Source: a virus (taxonomy: Duplodnaviria; Caudoviricetes). From it: DNA of 64,000 nucleotides. Under the pieces are notes generated by a model. That model saw only the letters and a program-made list of their open reading frames with translations. It did not search any database and was not told where the DNA came from. Within the stretch, counting starts at the first letter, position 1. Each line of letters opens with the position of its first letter. This document shows, piece after piece, positions 9,054 through 17,555 of this stretch. The stretch lies in the IMG/VR virus record IMGVR_UViG_3300046007_002820, positions 325 to 64,324 of that record, one strand, 5' to 3'. Both the position numbers and the translations under genes were made by a program.

Positions 9054-10055
9054 ATGTTACTAACACTTCTACAGTCCGCAGCGGGCGGTGGGAGTGATGC
9101 GACCGCAAATCTTGATTTCGGTACGCTCTCGATTACCGGAAATCCGTTTACGACATCTGCGACTGCCAATTCTGATCTTGGCGTCTCAGCATTATCGTTA
9201 GTCGGATTTGGACCTAGCGTAAATGCATCTTCTAATTCCGATCTTGGATCATCGGCGTTAAGTCTTACGCCACTCGCACCATCGGTAAATGCGTCTTCAA
9301 ATTCCAATCTCGGAACTTCGACTCTATCTATCACACCACTCGCGCCAGCTGCGAATGCGAGTTCCAATTCCGATCTAGGATCGACTGCGTTAAGTGTTAC
9401 GTCATTTGCGCCGTCTGTAAATGCATCTTCTAATTCAGATCTAGGAACTTCGACACTCATCATCGATGGTTCGCAAATTTCTTCGAACGCAGGATCAAAT
9501 TCGGTTCTGGGTTCGTCTACTCTGTCTATTACTGGTTTCGCAGCAAATACGTCGGCGAGTTCTAACTCGAATCTAGGAAATTCTGCTCTTACCATAGATG
9601 GTCTTGCAGCAAATACCTCAGCCAGTTCTAATTCCGATCTAGGATCGTCTGCTCTATCTATTACAGGATTTGCGCTTTCAGCGAACAGCAGTTCTAACTC
9701 TGATCTTGGCTCATCAGCTCTAGTAATATCTGGATTCCCAGTAAATACTGCAGCAAGCTCTAACTCTGATATTGGATTCAGTAACCTATCGATGACTGGA
9801 TACGCTCCGACCATCGTCGCTTCTTCAAACAGCAGCTTTGGTATCGGATCTATTCTGATCGATGGTAAAATTGTGACTGCGGGAGTTTCAGTCAGTAGTG
9901 ATCTTGGACTGGGTAATCTAATCATTTCCGGATATGCTCCAGAAGTTACTGATGGCACTATTTTTGTTCGACTTGGATTAGGTTCGTTGTCTCTATCCGG
10001 TAAAGAAATGCATCCTGGAGCATACAAGTCTCGTAGATTCGTAATGGTAGGCTAA
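9054..10055 (+). CDS. Ser-rich tandem-repeat structural protein (~14 x 22 aa)
   Basis: Consensus about ASSNSDLGSSALSITGFAPSVN; 66-bp periodicity (GTAAATGC at 9219 and 9285). Confidence 0.75.
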   Translation: MLLTLLQSAAGGGSDATANLDFGTLSITGNPFTTSATANSDLGVSALSLVGFGPSVNASSNSDLGSSALSLTPLAPSVNASSNSNLGTSTLSITPLAPAANASSNSDLGSTALSVTSFAPSVNASSNSDLGTSTLIIDGSQISSNAGSNSVLGSSTLSITGFAANTSASSNSNLGNSALTIDGLAANTSASSNSDLGSSALSITGFALSANSSSNSDLGSSALVISGFPVNTAASSNSDIGFSNLSMTGYAPTIVASSNSSFGIGSILIDGKIVTAGVSVSSDLGLGNLIISGYAPEVTDGTIFVRLGLGSLSLSGKEMHPGAYKSRRFVMVG

Positions 10056-10108
10056 ATTACTTTCTAAATATATCAGTAATAAGCAACTAGAATAAGAAGA
10101 ACCAAACA

Positions 10109-10978
10109 ATGGCACAAACTCTATGGGGTCGGGCAAACCTTTCAACGAATGCTCCAAAATTTGTTGTTCAAGGATCGACTTCCTCGTCGAATAATACGAA
10201 CATTCCAACCGGAACTAAGACATTCGTCAACACGACTCCAAACATCTTCGTAAACAATCAGATTGTTACGACCTTCGGCGTCAATACTGCTTCAGCAACT
10301 TCCTTCGGTAAAGGTGTGTCTCCTGGATGGGTTTCGCGTAAACTCGGAACAGGTCCGGTAGCTTCTGTATCACTAGCTGCTGCGACTGCAACTGCGCCGA
10401 ATCCTGCTGGCCTCGGGTTCTCGAATGGTAATATCATCACGTTCTCGAACGGAACGACTAACGCTGTTGCGACGATTACTACAAATACTGTTGGTGCAAT
10501 TACGTCATTCTCGCTCGTTGGTGGACGCGGATTCGTGAACGTTGCGACGACTGTGGTTGCTGTGACCAACTCGACTGGTGGAGCTGCTGCAGGTAACACT
10601 GCAATTGCTGCTGTATTCTTCGGCGCTGGTGCAACTCCTGGCGGAACGGGATATTCGAATACGAACCTCGTTCGCGTATCTAACGGAACGTCTAACGCCT
10701 CGGCGACTATTACGACTAATACGACTGGTGGAATTACTGCGTTCGCGATTACGACTCCTGGAACTGGATTCATCAACGTAGCTGCTTCGGTTGTTGCAAT
10801 CACGAACGCGACTGGTGGAGGTACTGGAGTCGGAACTGGTGCGAACGTCACGATTCAGATCGGTCCTCGTTACTCTTGGAGTCTTGGTGGCCGTGCTGGT
10901 CGAGTTGAACTCGAGAACCTGGTCGTGTTCCGCGGAAGTGGAACAAATATCACCGGCGCAAATACTCCGCTGACGTAA
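10109..10978 (+). CDS. putative virion structural protein (Gly/Thr/Asn-rich, internal duplication)
   Basis: LWG N-terminus and GGRAGRVELENLV C-terminus of a T4-like structural family; late promoter at 10064. Confidence 0.7.
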   Translation: MAQTLWGRANLSTNAPKFVVQGSTSSSNNTNIPTGTKTFVNTTPNIFVNNQIVTTFGVNTASATSFGKGVSPGWVSRKLGTGPVASVSLAAATATAPNPAGLGFSNGNIITFSNGTTNAVATITTNTVGAITSFSLVGGRGFVNVATTVVAVTNSTGGAAAGNTAIAAVFFGAGATPGGTGYSNTNLVRVSNGTSNASATITTNTTGGITAFAITTPGTGFINVAASVVAITNATGGGTGVGTGANVTIQIGPRYSWSLGGRAGRVELENLVVFRGSGTNITGANTPLT

Positions 10979-11278
10979 ATGAAATTCACTGAAATCAGAG
11001 ACAGGGGCGATACAGCAAACTCTATAGCTGCTGATACGCTTCTGTCTGTTTGTGTGACTCCAAATACGAACCCGACGTCAAAAGTCATCACAGGCGAGAA
11101 CTTCGCGAATTCTTTCAACAAACCTGGAACGACTAATACACTTGTTCTGATGACTTCGTCGACTCCAGCGAATGCTGCGATTGTATGTCGCGGAGGAACA
11201 ATCTTCTTCGACAACAACTACATTTATGTCGCGATCGCAAACAACGTCGTAAAACGCGCTGCTCTGAGCAGCTTCTAG
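10979..11278 (+). CDS. small structural protein
   Basis: C-terminal GTIFFDNNYIYVAIANNVVKRAALSSF motif common in phage fibre/structural proteins. Confidence 0.65.
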   Translation: MKFTEIRDRGDTANSIAADTLLSVCVTPNTNPTSKVITGENFANSFNKPGTTNTLVLMTSSTPANAAIVCRGGTIFFDNNYIYVAIANNVVKRAALSSF

Positions 11279-11287
11279 GAGTAAATC

Positions 11288-11680
11288 ATGACCTTCTATT
11301 TTCCGAAAACATACGATCCTCGTGGTCAGAAGATTCTGAATGAATCAAATGCACACGGCGGACATTACAGTGTACCAGCTAACTATTCCGTAGAATATGA
11401 CATGGATGATATGAGAAACAATCCAGGAAATCATGATGCCGTCAAACGACACGTATTCCAAAAAACTGGTGAATCTAAAGAAAAAGTAGTTCAAGGTGGT
11501 ATAGGCGCGCATAGAAAAGCGTTCGCTTCGACAAGAAAAAAGGTCGGTACAGTTAGTAAACGCGGATGGAACAATTACGTTGCTACACATCATCCGTCTA
11601 AAGAGAAACAAAAAGTTTCATCTCATTCAGACGGATTAAAATGGATTATAGATAAACACAATTCTCATTCTGATACCTGA
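11288..11680 (+). CDS. His/Lys-rich hypothetical protein (possible internal head protein)
   Basis: AGGAG SD; ILNES motif near the N-terminus; His-rich. Confidence 0.6.
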   Translation: MTFYFPKTYDPRGQKILNESNAHGGHYSVPANYSVEYDMDDMRNNPGNHDAVKRHVFQKTGESKEKVVQGGIGAHRKAFASTRKKVGTVSKRGWNNYVATHHPSKEKQKVSSHSDGLKWIIDKHNSHSDT

Positions 11681-11704
11681 ATCTAGAATCTTCTAAATCA
11701 TTGT

Positions 11705-12106
11705 ATGAGTTCAAAAGATAGTCTTCATTCAGATTCGTTCATAGTATATGCAGCGAAAAATTACACGAATCCTGATTCTATATCAGATGAAGAATTCTTT
11801 GATGATCTAAAGCGTATCAAATATATCAAGCGTCTATTCAGACTCTATGAAGAAACCGGAGAGCTCAAAGAGCGTCTCATTCTGAATCATCTTCTAGTGT
11901 TCTATAACGTGTTCGGTCTAGTTCCGGCGAATCGTATGTTGTTCTTCAGACTCGATTCCAAATACTATCCATATCTCAAAACCTTTCTGGATTTTCTTGG
12001 ATATCTACCAAATCGTATAGAAAACATTGGTTTGCCTCCGAAATCTCTAAATATGTGTGAAATAGAACCAGATATCACGATTATGCAAAGGCTCAAGAGT
12101 ATATGA
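11705..12106 (+). CDS. conserved T4-like phage hypothetical protein
   Basis: YAAKNY.NP...EFFDDLKRIKYIKRLF...LKERLILNH motif. Confidence 0.75.
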   Translation: MSSKDSLHSDSFIVYAAKNYTNPDSISDEEFFDDLKRIKYIKRLFRLYEETGELKERLILNHLLVFYNVFGLVPANRMLFFRLDSKYYPYLKTFLDFLGYLPNRIENIGLPPKSLNMCEIEPDITIMQRLKSI

Positions 12107-12567
12107 AATCATTCAAGAAAATCTCTAATGAACCTTATACTCCGAAGGTCGGCGACCGTGTTCGCATTCGGCGCGGCGATTACAAAGGTACGCGCGGGAA
12201 AGTCACCGAAGTTCATCCGGGTAGGCATGCGACAGTGGATAATGGATTCGGTGGAATTCGTTACCATCACGACGATTTGAAACGAATCGACGAAGACCTT
12301 CACGAAATGTCTCACGAGAAGCTTCGCCAATACCGTGATGCTGCTCATAAAGATTACATCGACAAGATGAATACCAATCGTTCGAAATCTATCAAGAGAG
12401 CGGTGTTCAAGCAGAAGGCTGATATCCGTCTGGTTGGTGAAGACGCAGCAGTTCCTACGAACGCTGTCGGATCAGGGAATATCGCTGGAGCAAATCAAGA
12501 TCCTCCGGGTAAGAAATTCACTAAATTAAAGGTAGTGAGGCGTCAGCTTCCTAAATCTGGAGTTTAG
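12103..12567 (+). CDS. basic protein with KOW/SH3-like segment, possible internal head protein
   Basis: MKSFKKISNE N-terminus resembles the T4 internal-protein capsid-targeting sequence; KVGDRVRI...G..GKV; EMSHEKLRQY unit resembles the repeats in 3018..5804. Confidence 0.6.
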   Translation: MKSFKKISNEPYTPKVGDRVRIRRGDYKGTRGKVTEVHPGRHATVDNGFGGIRYHHDDLKRIDEDLHEMSHEKLRQYRDAAHKDYIDKMNTNRSKSIKRAVFKQKADIRLVGEDAAVPTNAVGSGNIAGANQDPPGKKFTKLKVVRRQLPKSGV

Positions 12568-12571
12568 TTAA

Positions 12572-13111
12572 TTGCCCGTCCTAATGTTTCTAAGGAATCT
12601 TCCCTGGTTGAATATTCTCCCATGGGTTCTTGGTGTAGTTGCCGTAGTCGGATCTTATTGGTATGCGTACGATAAAGGATTCGACAAGGGTGATGATCGA
12701 GCGACTCAAAGAATCGCTGCCTACGAAAAGCAGATCAAAGATAAAGGCGCGAAGATCGAGAATGGAGTATTCAAGATCAACGAAACAGTTCGCACCGAAT
12801 ACAAAACCAAGACTCAGAAAATCTACGTCGAGCGCGATGTCAATCGTGGGCTTGCTCAGAATGTCGTAAAGAGTAACGGCAACCTCGCCGCTGGTTGGGT
12901 ATATGTTCACAATCTAGCGGCTCAAGGTGGAGTCGGCGACGTGAAGAAAGCTGCCGATGCGACCGATTCTCAAGTCTCCACAAAGAAGGCTCTGGAAGCT
13001 ATCACTGAAAATTACGCTGTTTGCAAAGCCGAAGTTGCGAAACTTCAGCAGTGGCAATCTTGGTATCAACAGGCTGAAATCACAGTCAAAGCAGTGAATG
13101 GAACGAAATAA
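12572..13111 (+). CDS. putative inner-membrane spanin (Rz-like)
   Basis: N-terminal transmembrane helix, periplasmic helical region ending AITENYAVC...LQQWQ; adjacent lipoprotein gene. Confidence 0.65.
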   Translation: MPVLMFLRNLPWLNILPWVLGVVAVVGSYWYAYDKGFDKGDDRATQRIAAYEKQIKDKGAKIENGVFKINETVRTEYKTKTQKIYVERDVNRGLAQNVVKSNGNLAAGWVYVHNLAAQGGVGDVKKAADATDSQVSTKKALEAITENYAVCKAEVAKLQQWQSWYQQAEITVKAVNGTK

Positions 13112-13320
13112 TGAGAAACTTCATTATCGCCGTAGTTGTTCTAATCGTTTGTATTTTCCTTCTTGCGGGTTGCGGAACTCTAGGCAAACGCGACCCTAAG
13201 ATCGTTTATATGCTTCCGGAGATTCCTGCGGAGTTGAAAGTTCCACCTCAACCACTCAAGCCAATTCTACCTTACACGACCGAATTGGGAGTAGTTCCAG
13301 ACGTTCCGGAGACGAAATAA
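13111..13320 (+). CDS. putative outer-membrane spanin lipoprotein (Rz1-like)
   Basis: Signal peptide with LLAGC lipobox; Pro-rich mature part. Confidence 0.7.
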   Translation: MRNFIIAVVVLIVCIFLLAGCGTLGKRDPKIVYMLPEIPAELKVPPQPLKPILPYTTELGVVPDVPETK

Positions 13321-13803
13321 ATGCCTACAGACAGCCCTGCTGGCCATGAACGCCGCATCGCAGTTTTAGAAAGTCAATCGGGAACTCATGAAAAGCATCT
13401 TGATCGTCATGATACCGCGATCGAGAAATTGGCTGAAATATCTACACAGTTGAAAGAAATCGTGAAACATCAGGCTGATGAGACTGATAAACTTCATCAG
13501 GAAAAGATCAATTTGTGGGAAGAACTGGAAAAGCGTCGAGAAATTATCGATGCTCACAGGCAAACTGCTCAACAAGAAATATCGACGTTGAATACCGCAT
13601 TCACAACTTCCATCACGAATTTACAAACGACTTTCAACAATTCCATTACTGACATCAAGAAGGAATTCAATGATTCAGTCGGATCGCTCCAGAAAAAGAT
13701 TATGGACTTAGACCGCTACAAATGGATCATCATCGGCGCAGGTGTTGTGCTTCTATGGCTGTCAGACCATTGGGAAGTAGTTCAGACATTATTCACGCGG
13801 TGA
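13321..13803 (+). CDS. coiled-coil protein with C-terminal TM helix (possible holin-associated)
   Basis: RIAVLE coiled coil, C-terminal KWIIIGAGVVLLWL; lies in the lysis cluster. Confidence 0.55.
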   Translation: MPTDSPAGHERRIAVLESQSGTHEKHLDRHDTAIEKLAEISTQLKEIVKHQADETDKLHQEKINLWEELEKRREIIDAHRQTAQQEISTLNTAFTTSITNLQTTFNNSITDIKKEFNDSVGSLQKKIMDLDRYKWIIIGAGVVLLWLSDHWEVVQTLFTR

Positions 13804-13809
13804 TTTCGA

Positions 13810-14055
13810 ATGTCATTCCGAGATTGGATGATCAACATACTGATCGCGATAGATCAGTTCTTCAACGCATTATTTCGCGGTGATCCTGACGAGACATTGT
13901 CGTCTCGTGGTGGTAAAGCTCTCCTGAGAATTCAGAACGGTAATCGTCAACCAGGCGATTGGAAATGGGAGATCATGTGCGCAGCACTGCACATCTTCGA
14001 CAAACACCACTGCATCAAAGAGAACATATTAGAACGCGACGAAGGAAAATTTTGA
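13810..14055 (+). CDS. conserved small phage protein
   Basis: NILIAIDQFFNALFRGDPDETLSSR...DKHHC motif. Confidence 0.7.
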   Translation: MSFRDWMINILIAIDQFFNALFRGDPDETLSSRGGKALLRIQNGNRQPGDWKWEIMCAALHIFDKHHCIKENILERDEGKF

Positions 14056-14083
14056 TTTTCATTTGATGAAATTGAGGTATAAT
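14056..14083 (+). promoter_or_regulatory. sigma70-like early promoter
   Basis: TTTTCA-16nt-TATAAT. Confidence 0.55.
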
Positions 14084-14116
14084 GAAATTCTAAGGTAATC
14101 AACCGGAAGTTTCATA

Positions 14117-14353
14117 ATGTCTCAAATTCATATGCTGATGGGTCGCAAGTCTTCGGACGAGGGATATTGGGAATGGAATGTTCGTCCATATTTCAGCAAA
14201 CATGCTGCCCAAGATGCTGCCGATTATCTCAACCATGTTCTCGAAGACTCCGATTTCGTGAAAGTGATGAAAAGGATAAAGGACGAAAAGCTGGATGACA
14301 ACTGCGACTATCTTCCGGATTCATACTATGTCGAGACCTACGACGTCGTTTAA
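14117..14353 (+). CDS. hypothetical protein
   Basis: ORF downstream of the promoter. Confidence 0.6.
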   Translation: MSQIHMLMGRKSSDEGYWEWNVRPYFSKHAAQDAADYLNHVLEDSDFVKVMKRIKDEKLDDNCDYLPDSYYVETYDVV

Positions 14354-14361
14354 CTAATCGC

Positions 14362-14390
14362 TTTACTTCTTCGGTAATTTGACGTAATAT
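14362..14390 (+). promoter_or_regulatory. sigma70-like early promoter
   Basis: TTTACT-17nt-TAATAT; spacer similar to the cassette copies at 38036 and 49239. Confidence 0.65.
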
Positions 14391-14422
14391 AATCATATCA
14401 GGTGATCAAGGAGGTTTTTATC

Positions 14423-14812
14423 ATGGCTATTGTGCTCGAACCTAATCATCGCGCTAACGTCGATGCGGTTCTGAATAAGACCGAGCATTTCGTCGCTTAT
14501 GACCCGCTGATCGTTCCTCATGCCATTACTCGTCATCAGCCGAAGTTCATGACGGCTGCTCTCGAATGGGTTATCTTTACCAATAACGAAATTCAGCGCG
14601 ATATGGTTCACTGGACCAAGGTCACCGAATATCGTCATAAGAACGCCTACCGTTCAATCCAGCCTCGTGTTGTTGGTGTGATGGCTGCGGATTATACCTA
14701 CTATAAGGCTAATCAATATGCGTATGGGAATTTCATGGGGGCCATCGTTGCTTTCGATCCTGGCAATGATTCTCGTGGATATCACACTGTTCTAACTGTG
14801 GATTCGAACTAG
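14423..14812 (+). CDS. hypothetical protein
   Basis: AAGGAGG SD before ATG 14423 (start moved from the track's 14402). Confidence 0.7.
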   Translation: MAIVLEPNHRANVDAVLNKTEHFVAYDPLIVPHAITRHQPKFMTAALEWVIFTNNEIQRDMVHWTKVTEYRHKNAYRSIQPRVVGVMAADYTYYKANQYAYGNFMGAIVAFDPGNDSRGYHTVLTVDSN

Positions 14813-14823
14813 GACGTAGAAAG

Positions 14824-15051
14824 ATTCGATATCTAACCGACGGAAAACGTCATCTGATTTGTGTTCCCTATTCAGTGGCGAACCTTCATCGGATGGCCGA
14901 GGATCTAAATATCTCTAGAGTGTGGTTTGATTCTAATCCGAAACATCCTCACTACGACATTCCTGTTCGTCGAAAGGTCGAGATAGAGTCTCAATGTGGA
15001 TTGATTTCGAGCAAAGAACTCGTGAAAATAATTCACGAAAGTCTAAAATAG
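14824..15051 (+). CDS. DUF4031-like protein, apparent ATT start (not in ORF track)
   Basis: Frame reads IRYLTDGKRHLICVPYSVANLHRMAEDLNISRVWFD...HYDIP; no in-frame ATG/GTG/TTG upstream before TGA at 14767; AGGA 9 nt before the ATT. Confidence 0.55.
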   Translation: MRYLTDGKRHLICVPYSVANLHRMAEDLNISRVWFDSNPKHPHYDIPVRRKVEIESQCGLISSKELVKIIHESLK

Positions 15052-15054
15052 TGC

Positions 15055-15083
15055 TTTACTTCATTCTAGAAGTAAGGTATAAT
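15055..15083 (+). promoter_or_regulatory. sigma70-like promoter for the primase operon
   Basis: TTTACT-17nt-TATAAT. Confidence 0.7.
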
Positions 15084-15188
15084 TCGAACTTGTTCGTTCA
15101 AGGCTCTCCTTGAACCTGTTCAGATTTCATGTGATACTCTGTTCTGAATGATGTTCAGTTCAGTTTCTCACTACGTTCGAAACGAAAA

Positions 15189-16250
15189 ATGGCTGTTGCT
15201 GCTAAAACTATCTTTGAACAGAACCTGATTGATGTTCAATACGCAAATAGAGTAGGTCTCTACCTATCACAATTTAGAGTCCTGAAAACACGTCCGTATT
15301 TGGCTAGATTCAGATGTCCCGTGTGTGGTGACTCTCAAAAGAATAAGACCAAAGCCAGAGGATTCTTTTACGCCGATACCGCAGCCGGAAACAAGCTCAG
15401 ATTCAAATGTCACAACGGCTGCCCATCAAGCACGTTCCGAAATTTCCTGAAGACTCAGAATCCAGCACTATTCAAGGAGTATGTATTTGACTTATATACC
15501 AAACCAGTCCAGCCCGATCATGGATCTGATATTCGATCAAGCGATGAACCGGAAACCGAAAAAGCAAAACTTCAGATTGGAACAGGTCTCCGACAAATCA
15601 ATGATCTTGAAGAAGATCATCCCGCAAGAGCCTACTGTATTCAACGACGAATACCAAATTCGGGATTGGAACTTTTACTATACACTCCGAACTTTACCAA
15701 ATTCGTTAATTCGCAAATACCGGGTAAGCTGAAAGATACATTCAAGGAACCACGTCTAATTATTCCTTTCACGAATGAAGCTGGTGAATGTTACGGTTTT
15801 CAAGGAAGGTCATTCGATCCTGATGCAACTATGCGTTATGTATCTATCATGTTGAATACCGACGAAGTCAAATGCTTCGGTCGACATCGGATCAATACAA
15901 ACAAGATGATCTATGTATTGGAAGGCGCGATAGACTCGTTGTTCGTAGATAATGCTATTGCGTCGACGCAAGGCGATTTGTTGAATGTCGATGGACTGTT
16001 TCCAGGAGCTCGTAAATGCTACATACCAGACAAGGATCGGAGAAATCCTCAGATTCTAAAGATCATCGAGAAGTTGATTGCGAGAAAGAAGAGTGTTTGT
16101 TTGTTGCCAACGGACTTACCCGGAAAGGATATCAACGAGATCGTGATCAATACTGGAATGTCACAACCCCAACTGATGTCTATGATTAAGGCCAATACCT
16201 ACGAAGGATTACGATTGAAACTTGAATTTGCGAAATGGAGAAAGATGTGA
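15189..16250 (+). CDS. gp61: DNA primase (T4 gp61-like)
   Basis: FRCPVCGDSQKNKTKARG...FKCHNGC zinc ribbon; GFQGR; TOPRIM VLEGAIDSLF; GKDINE. Confidence 0.95.
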   Translation: MAVAAKTIFEQNLIDVQYANRVGLYLSQFRVLKTRPYLARFRCPVCGDSQKNKTKARGFFYADTAAGNKLRFKCHNGCPSSTFRNFLKTQNPALFKEYVFDLYTKPVQPDHGSDIRSSDEPETEKAKLQIGTGLRQINDLEEDHPARAYCIQRRIPNSGLELLLYTPNFTKFVNSQIPGKLKDTFKEPRLIIPFTNEAGECYGFQGRSFDPDATMRYVSIMLNTDEVKCFGRHRINTNKMIYVLEGAIDSLFVDNAIASTQGDLLNVDGLFPGARKCYIPDKDRRNPQILKIIEKLIARKKSVCLLPTDLPGKDINEIVINTGMSQPQLMSMIKANTYEGLRLKLEFAKWRKM

Positions 16251-16477
16251 AACGTATCGTGTTAGAAGTCGGCGACAAAGCTTGGATTTATGTTCGCGGC
16301 CATAAAGGAAATTTGACGAAGGGTCGCGTAGTTCACAAATTTTGTCTGAATAGAAGTTCAGAAGAAATGTATGTGATTGAGATTGATACTCCTATGGATC
16401 CGATATATGAAGTTCGAGATGGATTAACTATTTCTGATACTAAGAAGGGTCCTATTGGGATGCATAGAATATCATGA
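16235..16477 (+). CDS. hypothetical protein
   Basis: Co-directional overlapping ORF; start may be GTG 16247. Confidence 0.55.
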   Translation: MEKDVKRIVLEVGDKAWIYVRGHKGNLTKGRVVHKFCLNRSSEEMYVIEIDTPMDPIYEVRDGLTISDTKKGPIGMHRIS

Positions 16478-16680
16478 CTTCGAAAGAATGTATTGATCCT
16501 GCAGTATTCATTCCGTTTTCGGAAGAGAATCCGAGAAGAAGTTGGGATCCTCCAGGTGCAACCGGCACGTGGAGACAATGTCGCAATCTCTATACTTCGT
16601 ATGACGGCTTTGACGGCGAACGGTGGAAATGTGATATTTGCGGAAAATCCTACTTTCTAGATTACGAGGACATGAAATGA
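16474..16680 (+). CDS. small hypothetical protein (CxxC)
   Basis: ATGA overlaps at both ends; [12 protein letters not shown]. Confidence 0.6.
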   Translation: MTSKECIDPAVFIPFSEENPRRSWDPPGATGTWRQCRNLYTSYDGFDGERWKCDICGKSYFLDYEDMK

Positions 16681-17537
16681 ATCAGAACACAAACTTCGAA
16701 GAGCTCCAGTATCTTCAACTCATGGCGAATCTTCTGAATGATTCTGAAGATCCTCGCAATCTGATTCCAGACCGAACTGGAACTGGTCGATATGGTCGCT
16801 TCGGTGCGCAGATGCGGTTCAATCTTCGGAACGATAGATTCCCTCTCCTGACGACCAAGAAGGTCTTCATGAAAGGTATCGTTCACGAACTTCTATGGTT
16901 GATCTCAGGCTCGACGAACATCAAGTATCTTGTCGATAACGGTGTTCATATCTGGGATGAATGGGCCGATACGAATGGCGATTTGGGTCCGGTGTATGGT
17001 AAACAGTGGCGTGCTTGGGATGGTATTGTTTATTCTGAATTTGGTGACGCAGTTGCATTCGGGGAAATTGATCAGCTCGCGAACGTCATCGAAGAACTAA
17101 AGAAAAACAAATTCAGCACTCGTCATATTGTGACTGCGTGGAATCCTGCCGATGTTCCGGATCAGGCTCTTCCGCCATGTCACTGTTTCTTCCAATTCGA
17201 TGTGAATACCAAAAACGAGTTGTCCTGCCAACTATACCAAAGATCCGCCGATATGTTCCTCGGAGTTCCATTCAATATTGCCAGCTACGCTTTGCTGACT
17301 CGAATGATCGCGGATGTTTGTGGATATACTCCTGGAGATTTTGTTCATACTCTCGGCAACTATCATCTGTATGCAAACCATCTAGATCAAGCTCGCGAAC
17401 AATGCTCTAGACTTCCGAAGAATTTCCCGTTACTGAAACTAAACCATAGAGACTCAATTGATGCCTTTACTTTTGACGACGTAAAGGTTATCAATTATGA
17501 ATCACATCCAACAATCAAAGCAGAAGTAAGTGTATAG
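16677..17537 (+). CDS. td: thymidylate synthase (ThyA type)
   Basis: [47 protein letters not shown]; start moved to ATG 16677. Confidence 0.97.
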   Translation: MNQNTNFEELQYLQLMANLLNDSEDPRNLIPDRTGTGRYGRFGAQMRFNLRNDRFPLLTTKKVFMKGIVHELLWLISGSTNIKYLVDNGVHIWDEWADTNGDLGPVYGKQWRAWDGIVYSEFGDAVAFGEIDQLANVIEELKKNKFSTRHIVTAWNPADVPDQALPPCHCFFQFDVNTKNELSCQLYQRSADMFLGVPFNIASYALLTRMIADVCGYTPGDFVHTLGNYHLYANHLDQAREQCSRLPKNFPLLKLNHRDSIDAFTFDDVKVINYESHPTIKAEVSV

Positions 17538-17555
17538 ACTAAGGAGCACTACCAA

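Noticed and set aside
9005-10027. 340-aa minus-strand ORF with PRSELE repeats
   Set aside because: Antisense shadow of the 66-bp repeat gene 9054..10055, which fits the operon direction; repeats easily keep a reverse frame open.
16677-17537. Thymidylate synthase as a dCMP hydroxymethylase for modified DNA
   Set aside because: It keeps the dUMP-specifying Asn in PFNIASY and all canonical ThyA motifs.
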